From contig JAGASR010000004.1 of NCBI GenBank assembly GCA_017621705.1, positions 10,633 through 74,632 of the forward strand: a stretch of DNA of 64,000 nt. The letters are read 5' to 3'. The notes below the pieces were generated by a model. That model did no database searches, was not told the DNA's origin, and saw only the letters and a list, made by a program, of their open reading frames with translations. Source of the DNA: Clostridia bacterium. Lineage in GTDB: Bacteria; Bacillota; Clostridia; Oscillospirales; UBA644. Below are positions 39,384-48,325 of the stretch, one piece after another. The translations under genes were made by a program, and so were the position numbers. The stretch's first letter is position 1; every line of letters starts with the position of its first letter.

Positions 39384-39983
39384 ATGTGTAAAGAATATGG
39401 GTACATAAGAGTCTCGGCAAAAGACCAAAACGAGGCACGACAGATAGTTACTTTCAGGGGATTGGGGATACCTGAAAAACAAATATACATAGACAAAATA
39501 AGCGGTAAAAACTTTGACAGAACCAACTACCTTAGACTTATTCGAAAATTGCGGAAAGGAGATTGTTTATTTATAGATGCAATCGACAGACTTGGACGTA
39601 ATTATTCGGAGATTTTAGAACAGTGGAGACTGATAACAAAAGTAAAACAAGTGGATATCGTTGTCCTGGATATGGATTTGTTAGATACCCGACAGAAAGG
39701 CAAAGATTTGACAGGAAGATTTATTTCGGATTTGGTCTTACAGATACTTTCATACGTTGCTGAAAAAGAAAGAATAAACACTCGAAGAAGACAGGCGGAG
39801 GGTATAGCTGTGGCACTTGCAAATGGGGTTCATTTCGGCAGAACCAAAAAGGAAATTCCGGATAACTTTAATGAGATTGTCGGTCAATGGAGAAACAAAG
39901 AACTAACTTTGGATGAAGCATTACAAACACTTTCTTGCGGTCGTACATACTTCTATAAAACCGTTAAAGAACTTGGTATTTAG
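39384..39983 (+). CDS. Small serine recombinase (resolvase/invertase family)
   Basis: YGYIRVSAKDQ catalytic-Ser motif and a C-terminal HTH. ATG 39384 lies 7 nt after GGAGGA. Confidence 0.9.
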   Translation: MCKEYGYIRVSAKDQNEARQIVTFRGLGIPEKQIYIDKISGKNFDRTNYLRLIRKLRKGDCLFIDAIDRLGRNYSEILEQWRLITKVKQVDIVVLDMDLLDTRQKGKDLTGRFISDLVLQILSYVAEKERINTRRRQAEGIAVALANGVHFGRTKKEIPDNFNEIVGQWRNKELTLDEALQTLSCGRTYFYKTVKELGI

Positions 39984-40012
39984 CGTTTGTTGCATTAATC
40001 GGTCAGAGTTCG

Positions 40013-40188
40013 ACAAAAGTTCACAAAAGTATACTTTTACGCACTACTAAAATAAGGAAATTTTAGTACTTCAATATGGCATAAATTAGTAAAATATACC
40101 TCTTAAATTATACTTATTCAAAATGAAAAATTCAAGTCCGTTAAAGTATACTTTTGCGGACTGTTTGTATATCGCCGGAATACAAACA
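40013..40188. promoter_or_regulatory. Cluster of dyad-symmetric sites downstream of the serine recombinase gene
   Basis: Tandem ACAAAAGT x2 (40013 and 40023). Perfect palindrome AAAAGTATACTTTT (40025-38). IR TACTAAAAT/ATTTTAGTA (~40045-68). A 26-bp imperfect palindrome GTCCGTTAAAGTATACTTTTGCGGAC (40136-61). IR TGTTTGTAT/ATACAAACA (40163-88). Confidence 0.5.
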
Positions 40189-40298
40189 AAAACTTCAATA
40201 TCCATAAAGAAAATCAGCGATTATTTTGCTGAGGACGTATCAATTTTTTGAAAAAGAAGGGATGTATAGAAGAAAAAACAAAGGAGGTGAGTTCGCAA

Positions 40299-40712
40299 AT
40301 GGGGTGGATATTTAAGATTATATCACTTTCATTATTTATCTTAGCTTGTATAGGTAGGTTGTTCATACATGTTTATCAGAAAAATAATGTGAAAACTAAT
40401 GCCAAAATAGTAGATATTAAGCCTACATATATTTATGATTCTGAATATCGTCATAAACAAAATGCATTTGGATATGTTTATGAGTATATTTTAGATAATG
40501 GTAATAAATATTGTGGTGAAATGAAAAGTTTTGATGATAATAAATATCAAATTGGTGAAGAGATAACTTTGTACTATTTTAAGTTTTTACCTAAAATTAA
40601 TAGTATTACGAATAAACCGATAGATGAAGATTTGGAAATATATAAAGAAATAAATAAAGTCGCATTTGTTATTTCAATTATCATATTTGCAATATCATTC
40701 TTTATAAAATAG
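40299..40712 (+). CDS. Small membrane protein with TM-beta domain-TM layout (DUF3592-like)
   Basis: ATG 40299 follows AAAGGAGG. It has N- and C-terminal TM helices around an ~85-aa soluble core. Confidence 0.55.
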   Translation: MGWIFKIISLSLFILACIGRLFIHVYQKNNVKTNAKIVDIKPTYIYDSEYRHKQNAFGYVYEYILDNGNKYCGEMKSFDDNKYQIGEEITLYYFKFLPKINSITNKPIDEDLEIYKEINKVAFVISIIIFAISFFIK

Positions 40713-40804
40713 AAAATTGAAAACAATTATCGAAGTCAAAACTGATTTGTTTTGACGGACGTTTTACATAGATTTACGTAAATTAAGAAAGGTAGTTTAA
40801 CACA

Positions 40805-43800
40805 ATGAAAACTAGACGAATACTGTCAATGCTTCTTTGTATTTGTATGCTTGCCGGAACTGTTCTTCAGACGGGTACAGCTTACGCTTTGACAGAAAGT
40901 GTAACAGAAAATATTGAGGAGATTTCTTCGTATTCAGTTACAGAAACAAACGATGAAATTACTGAGGGCACAGAATTATCTATTGCCTCAACGGGTAGTT
41001 CTATTGTATCTACTTGGAATACAGTAGATGTAGCCATCAATGAAGGTGAAGAATATTATTTCATCGGTTCAGTTTCAACAACCGCAGAAAATGGACTCAA
41101 AGACCTTCAGATAAATATTAATTCTGCAACAGATGATACTGTGGGAATTAAATATTTCCGTTCGGAAAATATCGGAGCGGAAAGTTTTGATTTATCAGAA
41201 GTTCCTGCGTTGACTGTAAATGCAGAACTCAGTGATGAAGATCAAACGATAGTACTTGCTCCTGACACAACTTGGGAAGTACAACTTTGGGCTACTGATA
41301 CAGACGGAAACTCCATTGGTGCTTCTGAAATTATGATTCTAACGATTTCTGGTGAGTATATAATTTCCGGAGATTTCACTTATACAGTAAATGATGATGG
41401 CGAAACCGCGACCATCACAGGTTTTGTAGGCGAAGAAAGTGGCGACCTTATAATTCCCAGTGAAATTGATGGGTATACGGTAACAAGTATCGGCGATTAT
41501 GCATTCTATAATTGTTCTGGTTTTACAGGCACATTGATGATACCTGACAGCGTGACATCTATCGGTAGTTATGCATTTGAAGATTGTGATGGCTTTACCG
41601 GTTCACTTGTTTTACCAGATAGTCTATCTTTTATAGGGGAGTCCTCATTTTTTAGCTGTTCTGGCTTTACGGGTTCCTTAACGATACCTGATAGTGTAAC
41701 AACTATCGGTAAGTATGCATTTAGCCATTGTTCCGGTTTTACTGGCGACTTGATGATACCTGATAGTGTAACGTCTATCTCTAAAGGGACATTTAGTTAT
41801 TGTTCTGGTTTTGTGGGCGACTTGATGATACCTGATAGTGTAACAACAATAGGAGATTATGCCTTCAGTAGTTGTTCTGGCTTTACGGGCTTCTTAACGA
41901 TACCTGATAGTGTAACAACAATAGGAGATTATGCCTTCAGTGAATGTACTGGTCTGACCGGAACTCTTACAATTCCTGATAGTGTCACTACTTTAGGAGA
42001 AGGTGCTTTCCTTTTTTGTGAGAACTTTACAGGAACACTTATTATATCTGACAGTGTAACGTCCATAGAATATGCTACCTTTGTAGGATGTTCTGGATTT
42101 ACAGGAACCTTGACGATACCAGAAAGTGTAACGACTATCGGTGATTGTGCATTTCGAGACTGCGCCGGCTTTACTGGTTCATTAATAATTCCCGACGGTG
42201 TGACGACCATAGGAGATTATTCTTTTGAGGGTTGTACAGGTTTTACTGGCACCTTAACAATGCCTGACAGTGTAACATTTATTGGTGACTATTCTTTTTC
42301 TTGGTGTGAGGGTCTGACGGAAATATCTATTCCTGATAAAGTTACTTCTGTTGGAAATCATGTTTTTGATGGTTGTATTCGTTTGGAGAAAATATCTCTG
42401 CCTGACAGTATTATTTCCATTGGCGAATATGCTTTTTACCGTTGCGAAAGCTTGACGGAAATAGATATTCCCGATAGGGTTACTTCTATTGGTAACGAAG
42501 CTTTTAGAGCTTGTTATATGTTAGATAGGGTTTCTATTCCCAATGGTTTGACAACTATCGGAAACTACGCTTTTTATGATTGTGATTTCATTGAGGAAAT
42601 AATTATTCCCGATAGTCTTACATCTATTGGGGGGAAAGCTTATGGGGCTTGTGATAGTCTTCAAACAGTACATTTTAATGGTAATGTTCCGTCTATATGG
42701 GGAGAAACTGTTTTACCTGAAGAAGTTGTAATTTATTATCCCGAAGGAAACACTTCTGGTTGGACAAGTCCTACTTGGACTGCGCCTGATGGTACGGTAT
42801 ATAACACAATGACGTTTAATCCCAATGGTAGTTCTATTACATCTACTTGGGATACAACAGCTGTAACTCTCAACGAGGGCGAAGAATACTCTTTCGTTGG
42901 TTCAGTTTCAACAACAGCTGAAAACGGACTTAAAGACCTTCAGATAAACATTAATTCTGCAACAGATGATACTGTCGGAATTAAATATTATCGTGCTGAA
43001 AATATCGGAACAGAAAGTTTTGACTTATCAACAGTTCCTGTATTGACAGTAAATGCTGAACTTAGTGATGAAGACCAAACAATCGTACTTGCTCCCGGCA
43101 CAACCTGGAAAGTACAGCTCTTTGCAACTGATACTGATGGTAATGCAATCGGCGATGCTGAGATTATGATTCTCGCTATTGATGAAGAAGAAATTTCTGA
43201 TTCAATTTATTGGGACGGTTCTATTGCAAAAAGTTTTGCAGGTGGTATAGGAACTGAAAATGATCCTTATCGTATAGAAACAGCTGCACAATTGGTTTAT
43301 TTTATTATGCAAATTGCTAGTGGCGTTACTTATGAAAATGAAAACATAATTCTTGTAAATGATATTGTTCTGAATAAGGTCAAATTTTCCTATGATGTAG
43401 ACACCTCGATGATTATTTGCGAGGAACCGAATGGTAATGTTCTTTATTACCAAACTGGAAATACTGGTTGGAAGATTGAAAACGGTAATACTCAGTTTGA
43501 TGAAAATAAATATGAGGGTTGGTATAGTTTTAATGCTGAAACAAATGAATATGTTCTTATTGAAGGATATACTCACACACTCAATATTATAGACAATAGT
43601 TATTATGTTGAAGGTAGTTGTTTTAAAGGTTCGTTTAATGGTAATCAGAAGTGTATATATGGTATAGCTTCATTTCAGAGTGGATTATATTGCAAATCTC
43701 TCTTTTATAACTCTTATGGCGAAATTAAAAATTTAAATATTGCAAATTCCGCAATTTCATCTGTTGATGAGGGTGTCATTGCTAATTCTAACTATGGAAC

Positions 43801-46800
43801 AATAGATAACTGTCATGTTGATGCTGTTGTTGTAGTTAGTTCTGGTAGAACAGGTGGTTTGGCTGGATCTAATAGTGGTATTATTAAAAATTCTACTTAT
43901 AATGGTATAATTAGAGGCGGAACTTATACGGGCGGTATTGCTGGTAGAAGTCAACAAGATATTATCAATTGTACAAACTATGGAGATATTTATGCTAGTG
44001 AAAATGTGGGCGGTATTACTGGTTATTTATATACTCGCAGTAGCGCAAATGCTTCTGATTCTACTTTGATAGAAAACTGTAAAAACTATGGTAGTATTTA
44101 TGGTTCAGAAAATACAGGTGGTATATGTGGCTTAGGTTATAATGAAGCTTATAAGACGGATTCAATTTTAAAAATTGAAAATGCGCATAACTATGCTGAG
44201 GTAAGTGGAGTTAACAATGTATCTGGTATATTAGGATATTTGGAAAGTGAAGATGCTTTAGCAAAAACATACATAACCAATTGTAGTAACTGGGGTAATG
44301 TATTTGCTACTGAAAGCTATGTCGGTGGTATAATTGGTTACAAAGATATTTCCAATAACTTACGCTCAGATTACCTTCGTGTTCAAATTATACGTTGTTT
44401 TAATAACGGAAATATTGTTGGTAATTCATATGTAGGTGGACTTATTGGTTATAGTGAACCTTGGTATTGGTGTATTGTAATTCTTGAGGATTGTTATAAT
44501 AGCGGTACTATATCTGGTAATTCGTATGTTTCGGGTATAGTTAGTGAAGTATTATCTTGGTGGATGGCAGGTATTAGATTCTCGAACATATATAATATTG
44601 GAACCATAACTTCACTTGATGCTAATATTGGTGCAATTGCTTGTAAATTCCAAAATTATGGTACAACTATTCTTGAAAATTTGTATTTCAACTCTGTATT
44701 AAATGGAATTGTTGAAACAGATATTGAAGATGATAGTGAAGTTGTAAATATTATAGGATATACAGATGCTGAACTTCAAAATTCTTCATCATATATAAAC
44801 TTTGATTTCGACACCGTATGGGAAATTGGTGTAACTGAAGGTTATCCCTATCCTACATTGAGAGATAACCCCCATGTTAAAGGTTCGGATGAACCTTCCG
44901 TTCCTGATGACCCTGAGATTCCTGAAGTACCTTCTGAAATCACATCTACTTGGGACACAACATCTGTAACCCTCAATGAAGGTGAAGAATACTCTTTCGT
45001 TGGCTCAGTTTCAACAACAGCGAAAAACGGACTTAAAGACCTTCAGATAAACATTAATTCTGCAACAGATGATACTGTTGGAATTATGCATTTCCGTGCT
45101 CCCAATATTGGACTTGCAAACTTTGATTTGTCAGCGGTTCAGTCATTGACAGTAAATGCAACACTCAGCGATGATGAGCAGACAATAGTACTTGCTCCCG
45201 GCACAACCTGGGAAGTTCAGCTCTTTGCGACAGATACAGACGGTAATTCTATCGGTGATGCTGAGATTATGATTCTTACCATTGCTGAAGCAGAAGTGGA
45301 AACAGGCAGACCTACGATAACCGGTTTGTCCAATAGTTATACAATTACACTCGGAGAATCCCTTACTTTAGAGGGTACAATCTCCGCGTTTGGTGAAGGT
45401 CGCCTTAATAAGGTTACCTTACAGCATAACGAAGAAGGTTCAACTTTCGTACCTCAGACTCAGAATATAGCCCTTGCAAGCGCAACAGCAGACCTTTCAT
45501 ATTTTACACTTTCAGCGGACGAATATCCTCTGAATACTGTTGGCACGCACGAATTTATTATCTATGCTTCTGCCGATAACTTTACGGATACAGATAATCG
45601 CATTATGCATTTTAATGTAACTGTTAATCCGGCTGAAGTTGAAGAACCTACTGACTGTCAGCATAATTGGGTATTTGTTGAAGATGTTAGAAATTCCGGT
45701 ATATGGGAAAATCTTAACAACGGTACCCATAAACGTGTAAGTGTTGAAAAGAAATATGGTTGTTCTCTTTGCGGTGCAACAAAGGTTGAGCGTGAACCTG
45801 ATTCTGTAATTGAACCGCATACGACGTATGAGACAAGAGAATATTCAAATCGTATAGTATCTTTACCGACAACTGACCCTTCTTATAATACGTCACATGG
45901 TAAAGTAGTTATCGTTTATGAAGAATGCTCAGCTTCAGGTTGTAATCATAAAGTTCCGAAAAGAACGGAAACAATGTATGAGCCTCATAACATAGAAACT
46001 GAAACAACAGTTATTAAATATATACCTTCTCCTATTGTTGCTAACCACAGAAGACATTATGTGTATGAAGAGAACTTTGAGTATTGTACAGTAAATGGGT
46101 GCTCATATAAAAATTCTTTGGGAGTAACTACTAGAGAAGAATTGTGTTCTATTGTCAATAATGTTTGTACAAAATGTGCTTCAAGTTGGGAAAGTAGATA
46201 TGAAGATATTCTGAAGAATCTTCCGAGCGGAGCTAACCCTATGGATAATTCAGAATTGGTTTCTATTATGAGAGATAGATATCAATCAGTTGGTGTTTCT
46301 GAAAAGGTTATAGATCAACTTATTGATACAATTAGCGATGCTCCTGCTACATATAGGGATATTTATGTATACTCTTTCTTTGAATACGAAATAAAAATTG
46401 CTCCATTTGATTCTACACCAAAAGCTGATAATCGAAGCTTTTATAGTCATACAACTAAAATTTTGACTATGAATGAATCTAGTATAGATGAAATTGAGAC
46501 TTGGTTTCACGAATCGGGGCACGCAGTCGATTGGAATTCTCAAGCAATCGATTTGGCTGCAGATTTAATATATTTTGAAGAATCTGTAATAAATTGGTCT
46601 GAATTATATGAAGCTTTAGAAAAAGATGTAGACAACTATATAAAAAATTCTATTAATAGTTTTATATCAAGTCATAACGATAAAATATGGAATTTTGAAA
46701 AGATCGAATTAAGTCAAACGGAAATTGATTTAATTGTCGAAGCTATTCGTTCGCCTGATACTGGTACGACTTTTGTTGAAAGAGAATTTGGTGAGATACC

Positions 46801-47230
46801 AATATCTGGGCTTAGGTACCCTAAAGGACTTGAAGTTCGTCCCAATATTCCAGAAAAAATATCGTCTGCTTCAGATGTTGTTCAAGATGTCTATATTGGA
46901 GTTATCGATTCTATGATTAATGAACTATATTATAAGTGTGGAGTCGGAAATGATTATATGACTCGAGATGTTTATGAAGGTATGACTAACGGTGTTTTAT
47001 TCTCATACAATGGACACGGTGGGGCTGAAGATCAGTACTGGTTTAATGATAATGGAATTACATATAAACAATCACAAGAGGCTTGGGCTGAATTCTATAG
47101 TGCTCAAATGATTCAAAATCAAGATGCAATCAATGAAAATGAGAGCTATTTTGAAAACGCTTATGCGTATATGCTTCTTAGATGTGATGATATGGAAAAG
47201 TATTATTTTGATAAATTAAATAATAATTAA
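40805..47230 (+). CDS. Giant secreted multidomain protein: signal peptide, 3 copies of a ~120-aa module, 17 BspA-type LRRs, GLUG-like repeats, Cys/His-rich modules, C-terminal HExxH domain
   Basis: 2141-aa uninterrupted ORF with signal peptide ...TGTAYA. LRR units read IPDSVTxIGxYAFxxCxGFTG. GLUG-like units read GGLAGSN/GGIAGRS/GGITGYL/GGIIGY/GGLIGY. HESGH is at 46508-22. I saw no LPXTG or other anchor motif. Confidence 0.85.
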   Translation: MKTRRILSMLLCICMLAGTVLQTGTAYALTESVTENIEEISSYSVTETNDEITEGTELSIASTGSSIVSTWNTVDVAINEGEEYYFIGSVSTTAENGLKDLQININSATDDTVGIKYFRSENIGAESFDLSEVPALTVNAELSDEDQTIVLAPDTTWEVQLWATDTDGNSIGASEIMILTISGEYIISGDFTYTVNDDGETATITGFVGEESGDLIIPSEIDGYTVTSIGDYAFYNCSGFTGTLMIPDSVTSIGSYAFEDCDGFTGSLVLPDSLSFIGESSFFSCSGFTGSLTIPDSVTTIGKYAFSHCSGFTGDLMIPDSVTSISKGTFSYCSGFVGDLMIPDSVTTIGDYAFSSCSGFTGFLTIPDSVTTIGDYAFSECTGLTGTLTIPDSVTTLGEGAFLFCENFTGTLIISDSVTSIEYATFVGCSGFTGTLTIPESVTTIGDCAFRDCAGFTGSLIIPDGVTTIGDYSFEGCTGFTGTLTMPDSVTFIGDYSFSWCEGLTEISIPDKVTSVGNHVFDGCIRLEKISLPDSIISIGEYAFYRCESLTEIDIPDRVTSIGNEAFRACYMLDRVSIPNGLTTIGNYAFYDCDFIEEIIIPDSLTSIGGKAYGACDSLQTVHFNGNVPSIWGETVLPEEVVIYYPEGNTSGWTSPTWTAPDGTVYNTMTFNPNGSSITSTWDTTAVTLNEGEEYSFVGSVSTTAENGLKDLQININSATDDTVGIKYYRAENIGTESFDLSTVPVLTVNAELSDEDQTIVLAPGTTWKVQLFATDTDGNAIGDAEIMILAIDEEEISDSIYWDGSIAKSFAGGIGTENDPYRIETAAQLVYFIMQIASGVTYENENIILVNDIVLNKVKFSYDVDTSMIICEEPNGNVLYYQTGNTGWKIENGNTQFDENKYEGWYSFNAETNEYVLIEGYTHTLNIIDNSYYVEGSCFKGSFNGNQKCIYGIASFQSGLYCKSLFYNSYGEIKNLNIANSAISSVDEGVIANSNYGTIDNCHVDAVVVVSSGRTGGLAGSNSGIIKNSTYNGIIRGGTYTGGIAGRSQQDIINCTNYGDIYASENVGGITGYLYTRSSANASDSTLIENCKNYGSIYGSENTGGICGLGYNEAYKTDSILKIENAHNYAEVSGVNNVSGILGYLESEDALAKTYITNCSNWGNVFATESYVGGIIGYKDISNNLRSDYLRVQIIRCFNNGNIVGNSYVGGLIGYSEPWYWCIVILEDCYNSGTISGNSYVSGIVSEVLSWWMAGIRFSNIYNIGTITSLDANIGAIACKFQNYGTTILENLYFNSVLNGIVETDIEDDSEVVNIIGYTDAELQNSSSYINFDFDTVWEIGVTEGYPYPTLRDNPHVKGSDEPSVPDDPEIPEVPSEITSTWDTTSVTLNEGEEYSFVGSVSTTAKNGLKDLQININSATDDTVGIMHFRAPNIGLANFDLSAVQSLTVNATLSDDEQTIVLAPGTTWEVQLFATDTDGNSIGDAEIMILTIAEAEVETGRPTITGLSNSYTITLGESLTLEGTISAFGEGRLNKVTLQHNEEGSTFVPQTQNIALASATADLSYFTLSADEYPLNTVGTHEFIIYASADNFTDTDNRIMHFNVTVNPAEVEEPTDCQHNWVFVEDVRNSGIWENLNNGTHKRVSVEKKYGCSLCGATKVEREPDSVIEPHTTYETREYSNRIVSLPTTDPSYNTSHGKVVIVYEECSASGCNHKVPKRTETMYEPHNIETETTVIKYIPSPIVANHRRHYVYEENFEYCTVNGCSYKNSLGVTTREELCSIVNNVCTKCASSWESRYEDILKNLPSGANPMDNSELVSIMRDRYQSVGVSEKVIDQLIDTISDAPATYRDIYVYSFFEYEIKIAPFDSTPKADNRSFYSHTTKILTMNESSIDEIETWFHESGHAVDWNSQAIDLAADLIYFEESVINWSELYEALEKDVDNYIKNSINSFISSHNDKIWNFEKIELSQTEIDLIVEAIRSPDTGTTFVEREFGEIPISGLRYPKGLEVRPNIPEKISSASDVVQDVYIGVIDSMINELYYKCGVGNDYMTRDVYEGMTNGVLFSYNGHGGAEDQYWFNDNGITYKQSQEAWAEFYSAQMIQNQDAINENESYFENAYAYMLLRCDDMEKYYFDKLNNN
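40997..41356 (+). repeat. Intragenic module copy 1 (~120 aa)
   Basis: SSIVSTWNTVDV...GLKDLQININSATDDTVGIKYF...EIMILTISGE. Confidence 0.85.
41441..42705 (+). repeat. Array of 17 tandem 69-bp (23-aa) leucine-rich repeats
   Basis: Counted in the translation. Adjacent units share long identical nucleotide runs, for example gatacctgatagtgtaacaacaataggagattatgccttcagt, which occurs twice. Confidence 0.9.
42830..43189 (+). repeat. Intragenic module copy 2
   Basis: SSITSTWDTTAV...GLKDLQININSATDDTVGIKYY...EIMILAIDEE. Long identical nucleotide stretches shared with copies 1 and 3. Confidence 0.85.
44933..45289 (+). repeat. Intragenic module copy 3
   Basis: SEITSTWDTTSV...GLKDLQININSATDDTVGIMHF...EIMILTIAEAE. 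Confidence 0.85.
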
Positions 47231-47247
47231 GGATGTGATATACTGTT

Positions 47248-48306
47248 ATGAAAAAAATACATATATTTTTGTTCATTTTTTGTTCTGTACTTTTGGTTAG
47301 TTGTTCAAATAATACAGAAATTATAAATCAAAATAACAATGCTAATGAGAATGACTATGTTTTTTCTGAAAGTATTATATTAGAGAATAATAATGATGAA
47401 GATTTAGAATTATTAAATTCTGATAGTAATCTTGAACAACCCAATAATGAAAATGATGTAGCTAAAGAAAATACTGATATTGTTGAACAGAATAATAGCG
47501 TTGTAGACAATATGGAAATTGAGGAGGCTAATGAACAATTGAAGAATGAGGAAGATATTTTGTTCGAAAAAGTAAATTCTGAATCCGAAATAGAGAATAT
47601 TGAAAATAATACAGTGGATATTTTAGAAGAAGATTCAACTAATACTTCTGATGTGAAAGAATATAGACTTATAACAGTTGACGAATTGCTTGAATTTGTC
47701 GATTTGTCACGTGAAGATCTGCTGTATGTAGATATTGAAGCTTTAATTGAAGATGGAAAATGTACTACTCAATTATTTGAAATTGCTACTGCAGAAGATG
47801 TTAGGAATCAATTATTAAATGAAAATGAGCAAGGAAAGGCTAAATACGAATTCTGGAAGAACAATTTTGAATATTTGCTATTTAATCCAACCATAGAAAG
47901 AGCTGATAATTTTAATCTTACAGATTGTAAGAAAATTGTTGTTTATTATTATTTTGAAAATTCCGGTAAGGCATTTTTGCTAGATTTGGATACTAATAGG
48001 GGGTATTATGGTTCGAGTAATAAGAACCCATTATATAATATAAACAACGCAGAAATAACAGTCGATTTGACGTATGATATTCTTGCAGATGTTATTATTC
48101 GTATAGAAGATGCAAAACTCGAAGAGTTGGATTATTCATATATTTCTCAAGAAGATATAGGTGCGAGAAATTCCTGGGGTATTGCGTTTGAATGTGAAGA
48201 AGGTATAGTTCGTTACTATGTATATAATGCAACTGGCGAAGAACCTTCAAGAATAATAAACTGCGTTCACGATTTGCTTGAATACGCAAAAGGATTAGCT
48301 GAATAA
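47248..48306 (+). CDS. Lipoprotein with N/E/D-rich linker and unknown ~200-aa C-terminal domain
   Basis: Lipobox LLVSCS. The start lies 17 nt after the giant gene stop, with an AAGGA RBS. Confidence 0.7.
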   Translation: MKKIHIFLFIFCSVLLVSCSNNTEIINQNNNANENDYVFSESIILENNNDEDLELLNSDSNLEQPNNENDVAKENTDIVEQNNSVVDNMEIEEANEQLKNEEDILFEKVNSESEIENIENNTVDILEEDSTNTSDVKEYRLITVDELLEFVDLSREDLLYVDIEALIEDGKCTTQLFEIATAEDVRNQLLNENEQGKAKYEFWKNNFEYLLFNPTIERADNFNLTDCKKIVVYYYFENSGKAFLLDLDTNRGYYGSSNKNPLYNINNAEITVDLTYDILADVIIRIEDAKLEELDYSYISQEDIGARNSWGIAFECEEGIVRYYVYNATGEEPSRIINCVHDLLEYAKGLAE

Positions 48307-48325
48307 ATATAAGGAGTACAACAAA

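Noticed and set aside
41441-42705. Regular 69-bp repeats that could be mistaken for a CRISPR-like array
   Set aside because: The repeats are in frame inside a continuous ORF and encode 23-aa leucine-rich repeats. There is no spacer/repeat alternation and no cas genes.
40997-45289. Possibility that the three ~360-bp modules are DGR template/variable repeats
   Set aside because: Differences between copies involve all base types rather than adenine-specific changes. There is also no reverse transcriptase in the element. The only RT in the window belongs to the distant group II intron.
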